Source: a bacterium (GTDB taxonomy: Bacteria > Hydrothermota > 32-111). From it: a stretch of 64,000 nt of DNA. The notes beneath the pieces are model-generated. The model saw only the letters and a program-made list of their open reading frames with translations. It searched no databases and was not told the DNA's origin. Positions 53,901-61,472 of this stretch are shown here, one piece after another. The stretch spans positions 27,757 to 91,756 of the forward strand of contig JAWOBN010000073.1 of the NCBI GenBank assembly GCA_046484245.1, given 5' to 3'. Position numbers and translations under genes: made by a program. Positions within the stretch are counted from its first letter, which is position 1. Each line of letters opens with the position of its first letter.

Positions 53901-54953
53901 TTCATGGACATTGAGATGGGCGCTAAACTCTCCGATATAATACTTGACACAATTCCCAGCGGCGTGATCTATATAGACAGAGACGGTCTTGTACAGTATA
54001 TCAATGAGGGCTTCACAAAGATATCGGGATATACCCATGAACGCATATTCAACAAGCATTTCACCAAGATATTCATTGACGAGGATAATATTATTACCCG
54101 GTCCATAGACAAATCCGAAAGTGCAATGAGGAAAGAGGTGGAGCTGATAAAGCATGACAAAGAGAAAATACCCTGCGGTATCAGCATTACCCCTGTTAAA
54201 TCCAATGACAATGTGGATATTGTTGCCATAATACAGGACCTCTCTGAAATCAAGAGTATGAGAAGGGAACTGAAGGACAAGGAGAATCTCGCCCTGCTCG
54301 GGCAGATGGCTGCAGGAATGGCGCATGAGATCAAAAACCCCATTGCAGGCATTCTCACGGGCCTGGAATTTCTATATATGCAGATTGCAGAAAAGAATGA
54401 TACACACAGACAGTCACTGGAAATGGTTATCAAAGAGGTTAAGCGTCTTGACCGTCTTGTCAATGACATGACCTCATTTGCGAAATCAAAGGTAAGGATA
54501 CTCTCTGAAGTGAATATTGATGAACTGGTGGAACGCGCCATTCATCTTGCAAAGGATAAATCACAGATCAAGAAAATTGACATTGTGACAAATTTCCCTG
54601 ACAACATAAAGAAAATGAAGATTGACGAGGAGCAGATACTTGAAGTCCTCCTCAATATAATCCTCAATGCCAATCAGGCAATTGAGGAGAACGGGAAGAT
54701 TGAAATCAATGTGAAGCAGGACAATGGCCGCTGTATTATATCAATACAGAATGACGGGCCGCCGATACCGGGTGATGTTATTGATAAGATATTCACGCCG
54801 TTCTTCACAACAAAGAGCGGTGGCACGGGCCTGGGTCTGGCTATTTCCTACAATATTGTCAAAGAGCATAAAGGCAGAATGACAGTACAGAATACTGATG
54901 AAGGTGTGGAGTTCAAAATAATTCTGCCATTGAGAGATGACAGTGATGCCTGA
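50979..54953 (+). CDS. Cytoplasmic multi-PAS/GAF sensor histidine kinase
   Basis: PAS and GAF repeats; H-box MAHEIKNP; N-box NIILNA; FTPFFTTK; GTGLGL. Confidence 0.92.
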   Translation: MEDKYSDFLLLLDIENIDYIITDSDFSIIEDHSRDSGALKDVSKETLKDLAASVIEGGCTAYTAELSLFAFREKSAYVIVDNSSLTSGFSNYLFIISSMLRTIDESVLILDSENRIEFINHSFRDNYDYSIDEIRDMLITEIVNPEYIEQILEGLKSRTETTVESEIYSNAGKSLPVIIDICALGSKTLIMVKDRQEEEIYSREIEGLKRMQKMVFDSIGQGILVLDRTGGILQFNQFMEQKYRFTRSKMIGRNIFDIVTDLTELKPVFHDIVEEKKVKKVTNMKRFSHRLDEELVQNFYGYPLIENNEAVGVVVVIEDLTEKKQLEDEYESTRKRNEMINALNMILSRGLQIDFVLREIGDYVLSRTSADRITVYNKQQSKFIELKKSGDKVTYRVLPDTRRILGAVSKVSDKIHIVGKKERIVEITGRKTPAELCVFPLYFNDNLLSYFILESNKKGSFESQKEFLSGIKEYAVHIIDKAILYEEKISNLQKLELTLKISRLLSRTKEPKKAFEGLITILSSQINADNALLMIKSEDDEGLIIKSIVGENAENIDSEDIDTDVLHEYFSVNSETVFINDFDKEEEHDSCSCFSKIGKSVICSPIRYKNELLGIVVFINKAKNSFRDNDFDLINIIATSSSSYLKNLHLQMKMAQKIEQLSVLYKISTSIRPVINYSFLKKAVISSLGSLSRADFVLMLTRTDSTYDIEHSYFKSIDLKKKFADISQLPDDVIDGSDAGIKHYNGSSRLCSETFPDKLKGATLLRVKTSRETITILSGYMDRFNRNISDETYMAIMNELSISFENSILFDQNEKRLKQFSSIGAITKKLAHLNIQSLDEYYQYIVDAARELLQCEYASLLMRTDNKLQFKAVSGIDIKKLSNYDINIGEGIAGYVAQTGKPVIENDTSNSEYFKELEFSSVYSVRNLVNIPLKYKDRVIGVLCADNKLKGKFDQNDVVLMKILGNSTLIAFEHFMDIEMGAKLSDIILDTIPSGVIYIDRDGLVQYINEGFTKISGYTHERIFNKHFTKIFIDEDNIITRSIDKSESAMRKEVELIKHDKEKIPCGISITPVKSNDNVDIVAIIQDLSEIKSMRRELKDKENLALLGQMAAGMAHEIKNPIAGILTGLEFLYMQIAEKNDTHRQSLEMVIKEVKRLDRLVNDMTSFAKSKVRILSEVNIDELVERAIHLAKDKSQIKKIDIVTNFPDNIKKMKIDEEQILEVLLNIILNANQAIEENGKIEINVKQDNGRCIISIQNDGPPIPGDVIDKIFTPFFTTKSGGTGLGLAISYNIVKEHKGRMTVQNTDEGVEFKIILPLRDDSDA

Positions 54954-56439
54954 ACTTATTCTTGTAGCAGATAATGAGCAGACAGTCAGCACATTTGTTA
55001 AGAAAATTATAGAATACGACAAGAGCAATAATGCTGAGGTGCATATTGCAAATGATGTTAAAGCATTCAATACATATCTCTCAGAGAATAAGTATTCTGC
55101 AATAATCATTGACCTGAATTTCGGCAATCAGAATGTCACTGATTTCATTTCAAAATATTCCTCAGAACACCCACTTGTGCCTGTTATAGCAATGTCAGCC
55201 AATATCAGTGTTGATATTGCCATTAATGCAATCAGAAGCGGGGCATATGACTTTATATCCAAACCATTCACATCAGAGACAATAATGCTTGTGGTGAAGA
55301 ATGCAGTGGAGAGAAGGCAGCTCATATCTGATAAGGAAAAACTCAACAAGGACCTCTCTGAGGTGAATGATGAGCTTATTGAGGCAAATAAGATGATAAC
55401 AAAGCAGAAGGAACAGCTGGACAATTATCTCAATAATATACTGGAGGGTATAGAGAAGATAAAGGATGTTTCTGTAGCAGTGGGAAGGGTCAAGTCATTT
55501 GAGACCAATCTAAACCTCCTCTTTGATAAACTCAATGAAATATACTCTCCTGAGGCATCTGTCCTGCTCATGTATGAAAAGGATACAGGCAAATTCATTG
55601 TGAAGAAGGAGAATAATTACGGTGAAAATTTCTCCGAGGGTGTTGAGCTGTCAGAGAGTGTATTTGAGAAGTATTTCAGTAAAGGGAGTATTTCCATTGA
55701 TGAGGGGATGAATAACCGGGAGAATACCTACACTGTGATTCTGCCCCTGAAATCAGGCAGCCTCAATCTCGGCATAATACTCTTTGATATAGAGATTGAA
55801 AAAATACGGGATTCAGACAGGATATTCTTTGAAATCCTGAGATATCTCATCACCATATCAATACTCAATTCCAAGTTCCTTGAGGATTCAAGGAAGAGTT
55901 ATCTGGAATCACTATTCGCATTCCTTCTTCTGGAGGAAAAAATACACACCGGTATAAAGAAACACTCGGAGAGGGTTGCTTCAGTATGTGTAAAGATGGG
56001 AAAGCATCTCAAACTGCCTGACAGTGATATACGAAACCTGCAGTATGCAGGACTGCTTCATCTGCTGGGTCTTATTACTGTATCAAGGGCAGAACTGACA
56101 AAGGAGAATTATTTCCAACCGGATAACAGTAATATTATAAAGAATGCCATGCTTGAGGGAACGAAGATTCTCATACCGCTTAAATTCCTCAATGAGGCAA
56201 GAGAGGTCATAGAATCCATATATGAAAATTATGACGGCAGCGGAATGCCGGGCAAATTGAGCAGTGACAGTATCAGTATCTCATCCAGAATACTGCGTGT
56301 TGCAGGTGAATTCTTTGCATTCAGGAATATATTCAAGATGGAGATGAAGGATATCAGGGAGTATATGGACTCAAACAAAGGCAAACTCTATGACCCGGAT
56401 ATTGTGAAGTTATTCTTTGATATTATCATAAAGCATTAA
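54937..56439 (+). CDS. Response regulator: REC, coiled coil, GAF-like and degenerate HD-GYP domains
   Basis: LVADNE...IIDL...GAYDFISKPF; HSERVA, LLHLLG, YENYDGSGMP, YDP.IV. Confidence 0.85.
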   Translation: MTVMPELILVADNEQTVSTFVKKIIEYDKSNNAEVHIANDVKAFNTYLSENKYSAIIIDLNFGNQNVTDFISKYSSEHPLVPVIAMSANISVDIAINAIRSGAYDFISKPFTSETIMLVVKNAVERRQLISDKEKLNKDLSEVNDELIEANKMITKQKEQLDNYLNNILEGIEKIKDVSVAVGRVKSFETNLNLLFDKLNEIYSPEASVLLMYEKDTGKFIVKKENNYGENFSEGVELSESVFEKYFSKGSISIDEGMNNRENTYTVILPLKSGSLNLGIILFDIEIEKIRDSDRIFFEILRYLITISILNSKFLEDSRKSYLESLFAFLLLEEKIHTGIKKHSERVASVCVKMGKHLKLPDSDIRNLQYAGLLHLLGLITVSRAELTKENYFQPDNSNIIKNAMLEGTKILIPLKFLNEAREVIESIYENYDGSGMPGKLSSDSISISSRILRVAGEFFAFRNIFKMEMKDIREYMDSNKGKLYDPDIVKLFFDIIIKH

Positions 56440-57555
56440 TCTGTCCTTTCCCGTATTCTTCACCCTGTAAAGCGCCTTATCAGCCCTGTCAATCAATGTC
56501 GCAACAGTACTGCCGTTCCTCGGGAAAACAGCTACCCCCATTGAGGCAGTGATATGATTGTAATCAGGATGTTCCGGGGAGAAGTCATGTGTCCTGATAT
56601 TGTGGGCGAATCTCCTTAATGTGGGAATAATGAATTCATCATCTATATCACGCATCAGTATTACAAACTCATCACCCCCGTACTTTGCAAGTATATCTGT
56701 CTTGCGGAAACTGCCCTTTATGATATCGGAAATCTCCTTCAATGCCCTAGAACCTATGAGATGGCCATTATGATCATTGAAGCTCTTGAAATTATCCAGG
56801 TCAATCATGACAACAGCAAGCTGATGATTCGTCTCCTCAGCTATGTCAATGGCGTCAGATGCAGCAAGCCGGAAATATCTCTGGTCATAGAGTCCTGTCA
56901 GTGAATCAGTGATGGACATTTTATATGCCTTTTCGTAAAGATCATTGAGCTCCTTTTGTTTTTCATATATCCTGTTGGAGACATATTTCGCTATATATAC
57001 AGAAAAAATGTATATGAAAAATATATAAACCATGTCCGGCATCGGATTGGTGAATGAGAATTTGAGATAAGGGGATTGTCCTACAACAGATATATGTGAT
57101 GATGTTAATGTAAGCAGTATGAGAACAATAGCTGAATATATATAAGTCCTGAATCCCGGAACTAGAAATGACATTGTAATAATATTATAGGTGAGAAGGA
57201 GGAGGAATCTGCTGTCCAGGCCGCCGGTTATGTATATAATGCTTATCACATATATAATGTCAAAATCCACATGTATGAAAGAGAGATAATTGAAATGACT
57301 CTGGTCAATTGTAAGATGTTTTCTCTTTGTAATATAGAGCTGATAGGCAAGGAGAATGAAATTAATAATAATGAACAGTATATTGATGAGAAAAACAAAT
57401 CTGACGGACCTTGAGTCAATACCGAAATTATTGCCTGTTATAAGAGACAGTGATGATATCACTGTGATGATGATTATCATCAAAAACCGCAGGCGAATCA
57501 TCCAGTTGAGGCGGTTCTCATAGGTCTTCAATGACAGGTTCTTCATTCCCACCAT
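56410..57555 (-). CDS. Membrane-bound diguanylate cyclase
   Basis: N-terminal TM helices; DSLTGL, DLDNFK, RKTD I-site, KYGGDEF. Confidence 0.92.
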   Translation of the reverse strand: MVGMKNLSLKTYENRLNWMIRLRFLMIIIITVISSLSLITGNNFGIDSRSVRFVFLINILFIIINFILLAYQLYITKRKHLTIDQSHFNYLSFIHVDFDIIYVISIIYITGGLDSRFLLLLTYNIITMSFLVPGFRTYIYSAIVLILLTLTSSHISVVGQSPYLKFSFTNPMPDMVYIFFIYIFSVYIAKYVSNRIYEKQKELNDLYEKAYKMSITDSLTGLYDQRYFRLAASDAIDIAEETNHQLAVVMIDLDNFKSFNDHNGHLIGSRALKEISDIIKGSFRKTDILAKYGGDEFVILMRDIDDEFIIPTLRRFAHNIRTHDFSPEHPDYNHITASMGVAVFPRNGSTVATLIDRADKALYRVKNTGKDRLMLYDNIKE

Positions 57556-57650
57556 ATTGTAAAGAGTATAATTGAAAGTACTGATAAGGTCAAGAATAAT
57601 CCTCTACAAGTTATGCCTCTAAAAGTATCACCTGACAATGACTGATAAAA

Positions 57651-58110
57651 CCAAATCCCGGGGACGGTCCTTGAAATTCGCGCGATTTTTAATTCGTCTC
57701 CCATTTAGTTGACCATTTTGCCGGGAAACACTTGCTTGGCCTTTAATTCTGTCCAATTAGAATAAGCATCCCCATTTATGAATTTTTATCTGTTGCTCAT
57801 GCCTTTTCCAGATTCTTTTCATTTTTAAGCAATATACATCCTAAATATTTTCAACATCTGTCCTTTTACCCATATTTTGTCAAAACACCCCTCCAAATCC
57901 CAGGGACAGCCCTTCACATTCTTCACACTTATGTGTGATTATTGCTAAGTTTACAATAGCGAAGATTCTAAGTTCATTTATTTCAATATTTATATTTCTC
58001 CTATTTTGTAAAACGTGAAGAATGTGAAGGGCTGTCCCCGGGATTTGGACCAAAAGTCATGTGATTGCGTAAATAACTGGGTTTAGAGTGTGTTTTCGGC
58101 ACTTTTACGA
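57651..58110. repeat. Composite repeat homologous to 16813-17285: orphan arm, linker, 158-bp element and right flank
   Basis: Arm CCAAATCCCGGGGACGGTCCTTG at 57651; shared GGAAACACTT, TTTCAACATCTGTCCTTT and TAAATAACTGG..TTAG.GTGTGTTTTC blocks in the same order. Confidence 0.88.
57892..58049. repeat. 158-bp inverted-repeat element, copy C
   Basis: 35-bp arms (34/35 match) and 88-bp core. Confidence 0.95.
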
Positions 58111-58199
58111 TCTATTGATAAAATTTTACAATTTCCGCCGCTTGACACTCTTTCCTTCATTTCTCTTATATATCTTTTGCCCGCTCTTTTGCAGTTCCA

Positions 58200-58227
58200 T
58201 TGATTTTTTATTCCTACAATATATAAT
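58200..58227 (+). promoter_or_regulatory. Sigma70-like promoter, probably leaderless
   Basis: TTGATT-16 bp-TATAAT, ending 7 nt before ATG 58235. Confidence 0.6.
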
Positions 58228-58234
58228 ACAATAC

Positions 58235-59080
58235 ATGGTCAATATAGAAGAGATTCTCTCAATTTCCGACATGAAGCTGAGGTCTGACCTTATCCTCAAG
58301 GGGTATCTCACAGGCATACACAGGGTGCCCTATAAGGGCATATCAGCTGAATTCTCACAGTACAGGGAATATACGCCCGGTGATGATTTTGACAGGATTG
58401 ACTGGAAGGTATTCCTCAGAACAGATAAATATTATATTAAGGAAAGTGAGGATGAGACAAATACAGATGCATTCATAATGCTTGATATGAGCAGGTCAAT
58501 GGATTTCGGCAATAAGGAGCAGTACGCAAAGACACTTGCAGTACTCCTTGCAAGGATTGCAGGAATGCAATCGGATAAGACCGGATACGCCTTTTTTTCA
58601 GAGGATATTGTCAAGACAGTCAGTCCTTCAGACCGTATAAGACTACCCCGGCTTATTGGTGATATTGAGAATATAAGTCCTCACGGCAGAACGGATATAG
58701 GCAAGTGCATCTCGGATGTGCAGTCCCATGTGAGACGCAATACATTCTTCATACTGATAAGCGACTGTGCTGATAATCCCCTTTCAATAATCAACTCTCT
58801 TTCAGCAGTAAGGGCAAAAGGCTGCGATGTTATCTTGATGGACATAATAGACAGAAGGGAGTTATCCGAGGAACTGCTTTCAAGCAGCAGATTGATTGAC
58901 ATGGAAACAGGCAGAATAATGGATTCAGCAGGTGCCCGCCAGATGCGCAGCAGTGTGCTGGAATTCAAGAATACATTGAAGGGCCTGGCACTGGACAAGG
59001 GTATTGACTATCAGATGATATCAACAGACATGCCTTTCTATGTATCATTGAATAATTTCTTCAAAAGAAGGGACAGATGA
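58235..59080 (+). CDS. DUF58 (vWA-like, MoxR-associated) protein
   Basis: GIHR...GISAEFSQYREYTPGDD..RIDWKV; DMSRSM MIDAS-like motif; the ORF-track extension to 58088 runs into the repeat. Confidence 0.9.
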   Translation: MVNIEEILSISDMKLRSDLILKGYLTGIHRVPYKGISAEFSQYREYTPGDDFDRIDWKVFLRTDKYYIKESEDETNTDAFIMLDMSRSMDFGNKEQYAKTLAVLLARIAGMQSDKTGYAFFSEDIVKTVSPSDRIRLPRLIGDIENISPHGRTDIGKCISDVQSHVRRNTFFILISDCADNPLSIINSLSAVRAKGCDVILMDIIDRRELSEELLSSSRLIDMETGRIMDSAGARQMRSSVLEFKNTLKGLALDKGIDYQMISTDMPFYVSLNNFFKRRDR

Positions 59081-60411
59081 TATTCACAGATCCCCGTTAT
59101 CTCTTTCTTCTTCTGCTTATCCCCATTTTGATAATTCTTCTGATGTATGCACTGATGCGCAGAAGAGGGGAGTATTATTCATCACTTATCTATTTCAGAA
59201 GGGAGAAAAAGCAGAGAGGGGATTTGATGAGAAAATTAAGAAAGATACTGAAGGTAATACTCTTTATCCTCATTCTGACAATAATCATAATGTACACAGC
59301 AGGTCCCGGGCGCAGAAGCAGTACAGTTGAATCTGTCAGTATTATAATGGACAATGTCATTCCCCTGGACAGCACAGTTGTGCAATGGAGTGTGGATTCC
59401 CTTGAGGAGCATTACGGGCCGCAGAAAATAGATGTTATTGCCCTTGATGATATTGCTGACAATAGAGAGTCAACCGATTATGAGGGTATTCTCAATGCTG
59501 TCTTTAATTACAAGCGTAATCTCAAAGCACATTCAAACAAAATTATTATAATAACCCCCAGGCGTCTCCATTCCAATAATTTTGCCGATATAATTACTGT
59601 CCCGTCTTCAAAGAAAATCAGTATTGTATCACTCAAACCTCATATTGTCCTCCTGTCAAAAGAAAGCGGGGAATACGCTCTGGAACTGTACAACCAGAAG
59701 AGACTTGTATTGAGGAAGAACGTCAATCTCCAAAAGGGCCTCAATACTGTGGATACGCCGGGTACTCAGTTCAACCGTATTATTGCAGGGGATGACACCA
59801 TTATTACAGACAGTGTTTTCTCAACAGGTTATATGTCTGCAGACCTGCAGTTTCCCGACAGATATATTGAAGAGGCACTGGAAATACTCAGTATTGAAAA
59901 CAATGAGGATGCCGATATCAAGATAAGCCTCAACAGGGATATTGACAGGGGTATTGTCTATTCACTCTATGGCTCGGGCTTTGCGTCAAGTGCCGGAGAA
60001 GTGATTGTCAGGGATACGCTTCTGGACCTGAGGTCCGGGGCTTTCAGTGATTTGACAGTTACGCGGCTTGATACAATGTCCGGGAAATCCATTCTTGCAG
60101 ACAAGAACGGCAATACACTCATAGCCAAATGCGGTGAGGTCTATTGTGTCAATATTCCTATGGATACAGCGTATTCAAATATTGTTATGCTGCCTGTTTT
60201 CATTGAAATGACGGATAAGATGATAAGAGACCTCTCCGGCAGCTATTATGATAAAAGCGCAGGAGTTCGCAATAAATTGAAGCTCCGCTCTGATGGAGTG
60301 AGCAGCGGAGCGGCAGTACAGAGCAGTGAGAGTCCCGTGAAATCAACAGGCCTCAGGAATATATTCATCATACTCCTCATTATTCTCATCTCCCTCTATC
60401 TGTTTATTTAA
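59077..60411 (+). CDS. BatA-like N-terminal domain membrane protein
   Basis: MIFTDPRYLFLLLLIPILI N-terminus; C-terminal TM; follows DUF58. Confidence 0.6.
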   Translation: MIFTDPRYLFLLLLIPILIILLMYALMRRRGEYYSSLIYFRREKKQRGDLMRKLRKILKVILFILILTIIIMYTAGPGRRSSTVESVSIIMDNVIPLDSTVVQWSVDSLEEHYGPQKIDVIALDDIADNRESTDYEGILNAVFNYKRNLKAHSNKIIIITPRRLHSNNFADIITVPSSKKISIVSLKPHIVLLSKESGEYALELYNQKRLVLRKNVNLQKGLNTVDTPGTQFNRIIAGDDTIITDSVFSTGYMSADLQFPDRYIEEALEILSIENNEDADIKISLNRDIDRGIVYSLYGSGFASSAGEVIVRDTLLDLRSGAFSDLTVTRLDTMSGKSILADKNGNTLIAKCGEVYCVNIPMDTAYSNIVMLPVFIEMTDKMIRDLSGSYYDKSAGVRNKLKLRSDGVSSGAAVQSSESPVKSTGLRNIFIILLIILISLYLFI

Positions 60412-60416
60412 CATTA

Positions 60417-60574
60417 TCCAAATCCCGGGGACAGCCCTTCACATTATTCACATTTTACAAAATATAGCATAATTAAGTTTCGTAATAAATGAACTTAGCG
60501 AAAATACTTCTATAAGTTATTTAATAATATAATTTATTCGTGAAGAATGTGAAGGGCTGTCCCCGGGATTTGGA
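60417..60574. repeat. 158-bp inverted-repeat element, copy D (reverse orientation; linker extends to about 60616)
   Basis: 35-bp arms (34/35 match) and 88-bp core. Confidence 0.95.
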
Positions 60575-60673
60575 GGTGGTTTTTACAAAATAGGTGTAAA
60601 GAGACAGATGTTGAAAATGGATTTGGGGTGCAGGTTATCATTTCCTCATTGTTTTACATGCCAGACGGGTATG

Positions 60674-60701
60674 TTGACTATTAAAGTATTTATATTATAC
60701 T
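60674..60701 (+). promoter_or_regulatory. Sigma70-like promoter, probably leaderless
   Basis: TTGACT-16 bp-TATACT, ending 6 nt before GTG 60708. Confidence 0.7.
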
Positions 60702-60707
60702 GTATTT

Positions 60708-61472
60708 GTGGAAAATATATACAAAAATATCTATTTACTGCTTGAATTATCCAAATCAGAATTAAAGACCAAGTACAAGAATGCATTCCTCGGTTTCCTT
60801 TGGATTCTTTTTGAACCATTCTTCATCATGCTAATACTCTATATTGTCTTCAGCAGGATAATGCGCTTCAATATGGAATATTATCCCCTCTATCTGCTCT
60901 CAGGCATTACTACATGGAGAATTTTTGTCAATGCAACAACATCAGGACTAAATTCATTATACAGAAACCGTGATATTATTCTAAGTGTCAATATACCCCA
61001 TATGCTGATACCTGCATCCGCTGTTGTGTCTGCAGTAATAACCGGTTTCTTTGAATTCATTGTATATATAATCATTTACATAATACTGAAGAGATCATTT
61101 GACCCTGTCATACTGATGTTCATACCCTTCCTTGCAGTGTACAGCATATTTGTGCTGGGTGTTGCCAATATTCTCTCTGTCATATATGTCTTTTTCAGGG
61201 ACATCAAGCCTGCATGGAATGTGCTTCTACAGGCACTCTTTTTCCTCTGCCCCATATTCTATCCCCTCAGTATAATACCGTATAATTACATGGCTCTGTA
61301 TCTGGCAAATCCGCTTGCTGTATTTGTCATATCATTCCACAGAATACTCTATAACAACACCCTTCCGGACCTTACAATATTTCTCAATTCCCTCTTCTTT
61401 GCTGTGGGCATATATGTGCTCAGCATAATGATAGTAAAGATTTATGAAAAGAAGATAGTGAAGATAATATGA
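60708..61472 (+). CDS. wzm: Polysaccharide ABC transporter permease
   Basis: LKTKYKNAFLGFLW...P, FFRDI, PIFYP, NPL. Confidence 0.92.
   Translation: MENIYKNIYLLLELSKSELKTKYKNAFLGFLWILFEPFFIMLILYIVFSRIMRFNMEYYPLYLLSGITTWRIFVNATTSGLNSLYRNRDIILSVNIPHMLIPASAVVSAVITGFFEFIVYIIIYIILKRSFDPVILMFIPFLAVYSIFVLGVANILSVIYVFFRDIKPAWNVLLQALFFLCPIFYPLSIIPYNYMALYLANPLAVFVISFHRILYNNTLPDLTIFLNSLFFAVGIYVLSIMIVKIYEKKIVKII

Noticed and set aside
58088..58234. N-terminal extension of the DUF58 ORF
   Set aside because: Overlaps the repeat flank and promoter; homology-like sequence begins at ATG 58235.
57892..60574. Invertible (phase-variable) promoter switches within the 158-bp elements
   Set aside because: All four cores have the same orientation relative to the linker, and no invertase is nearby. 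Read-level data would be needed to exclude this fully.
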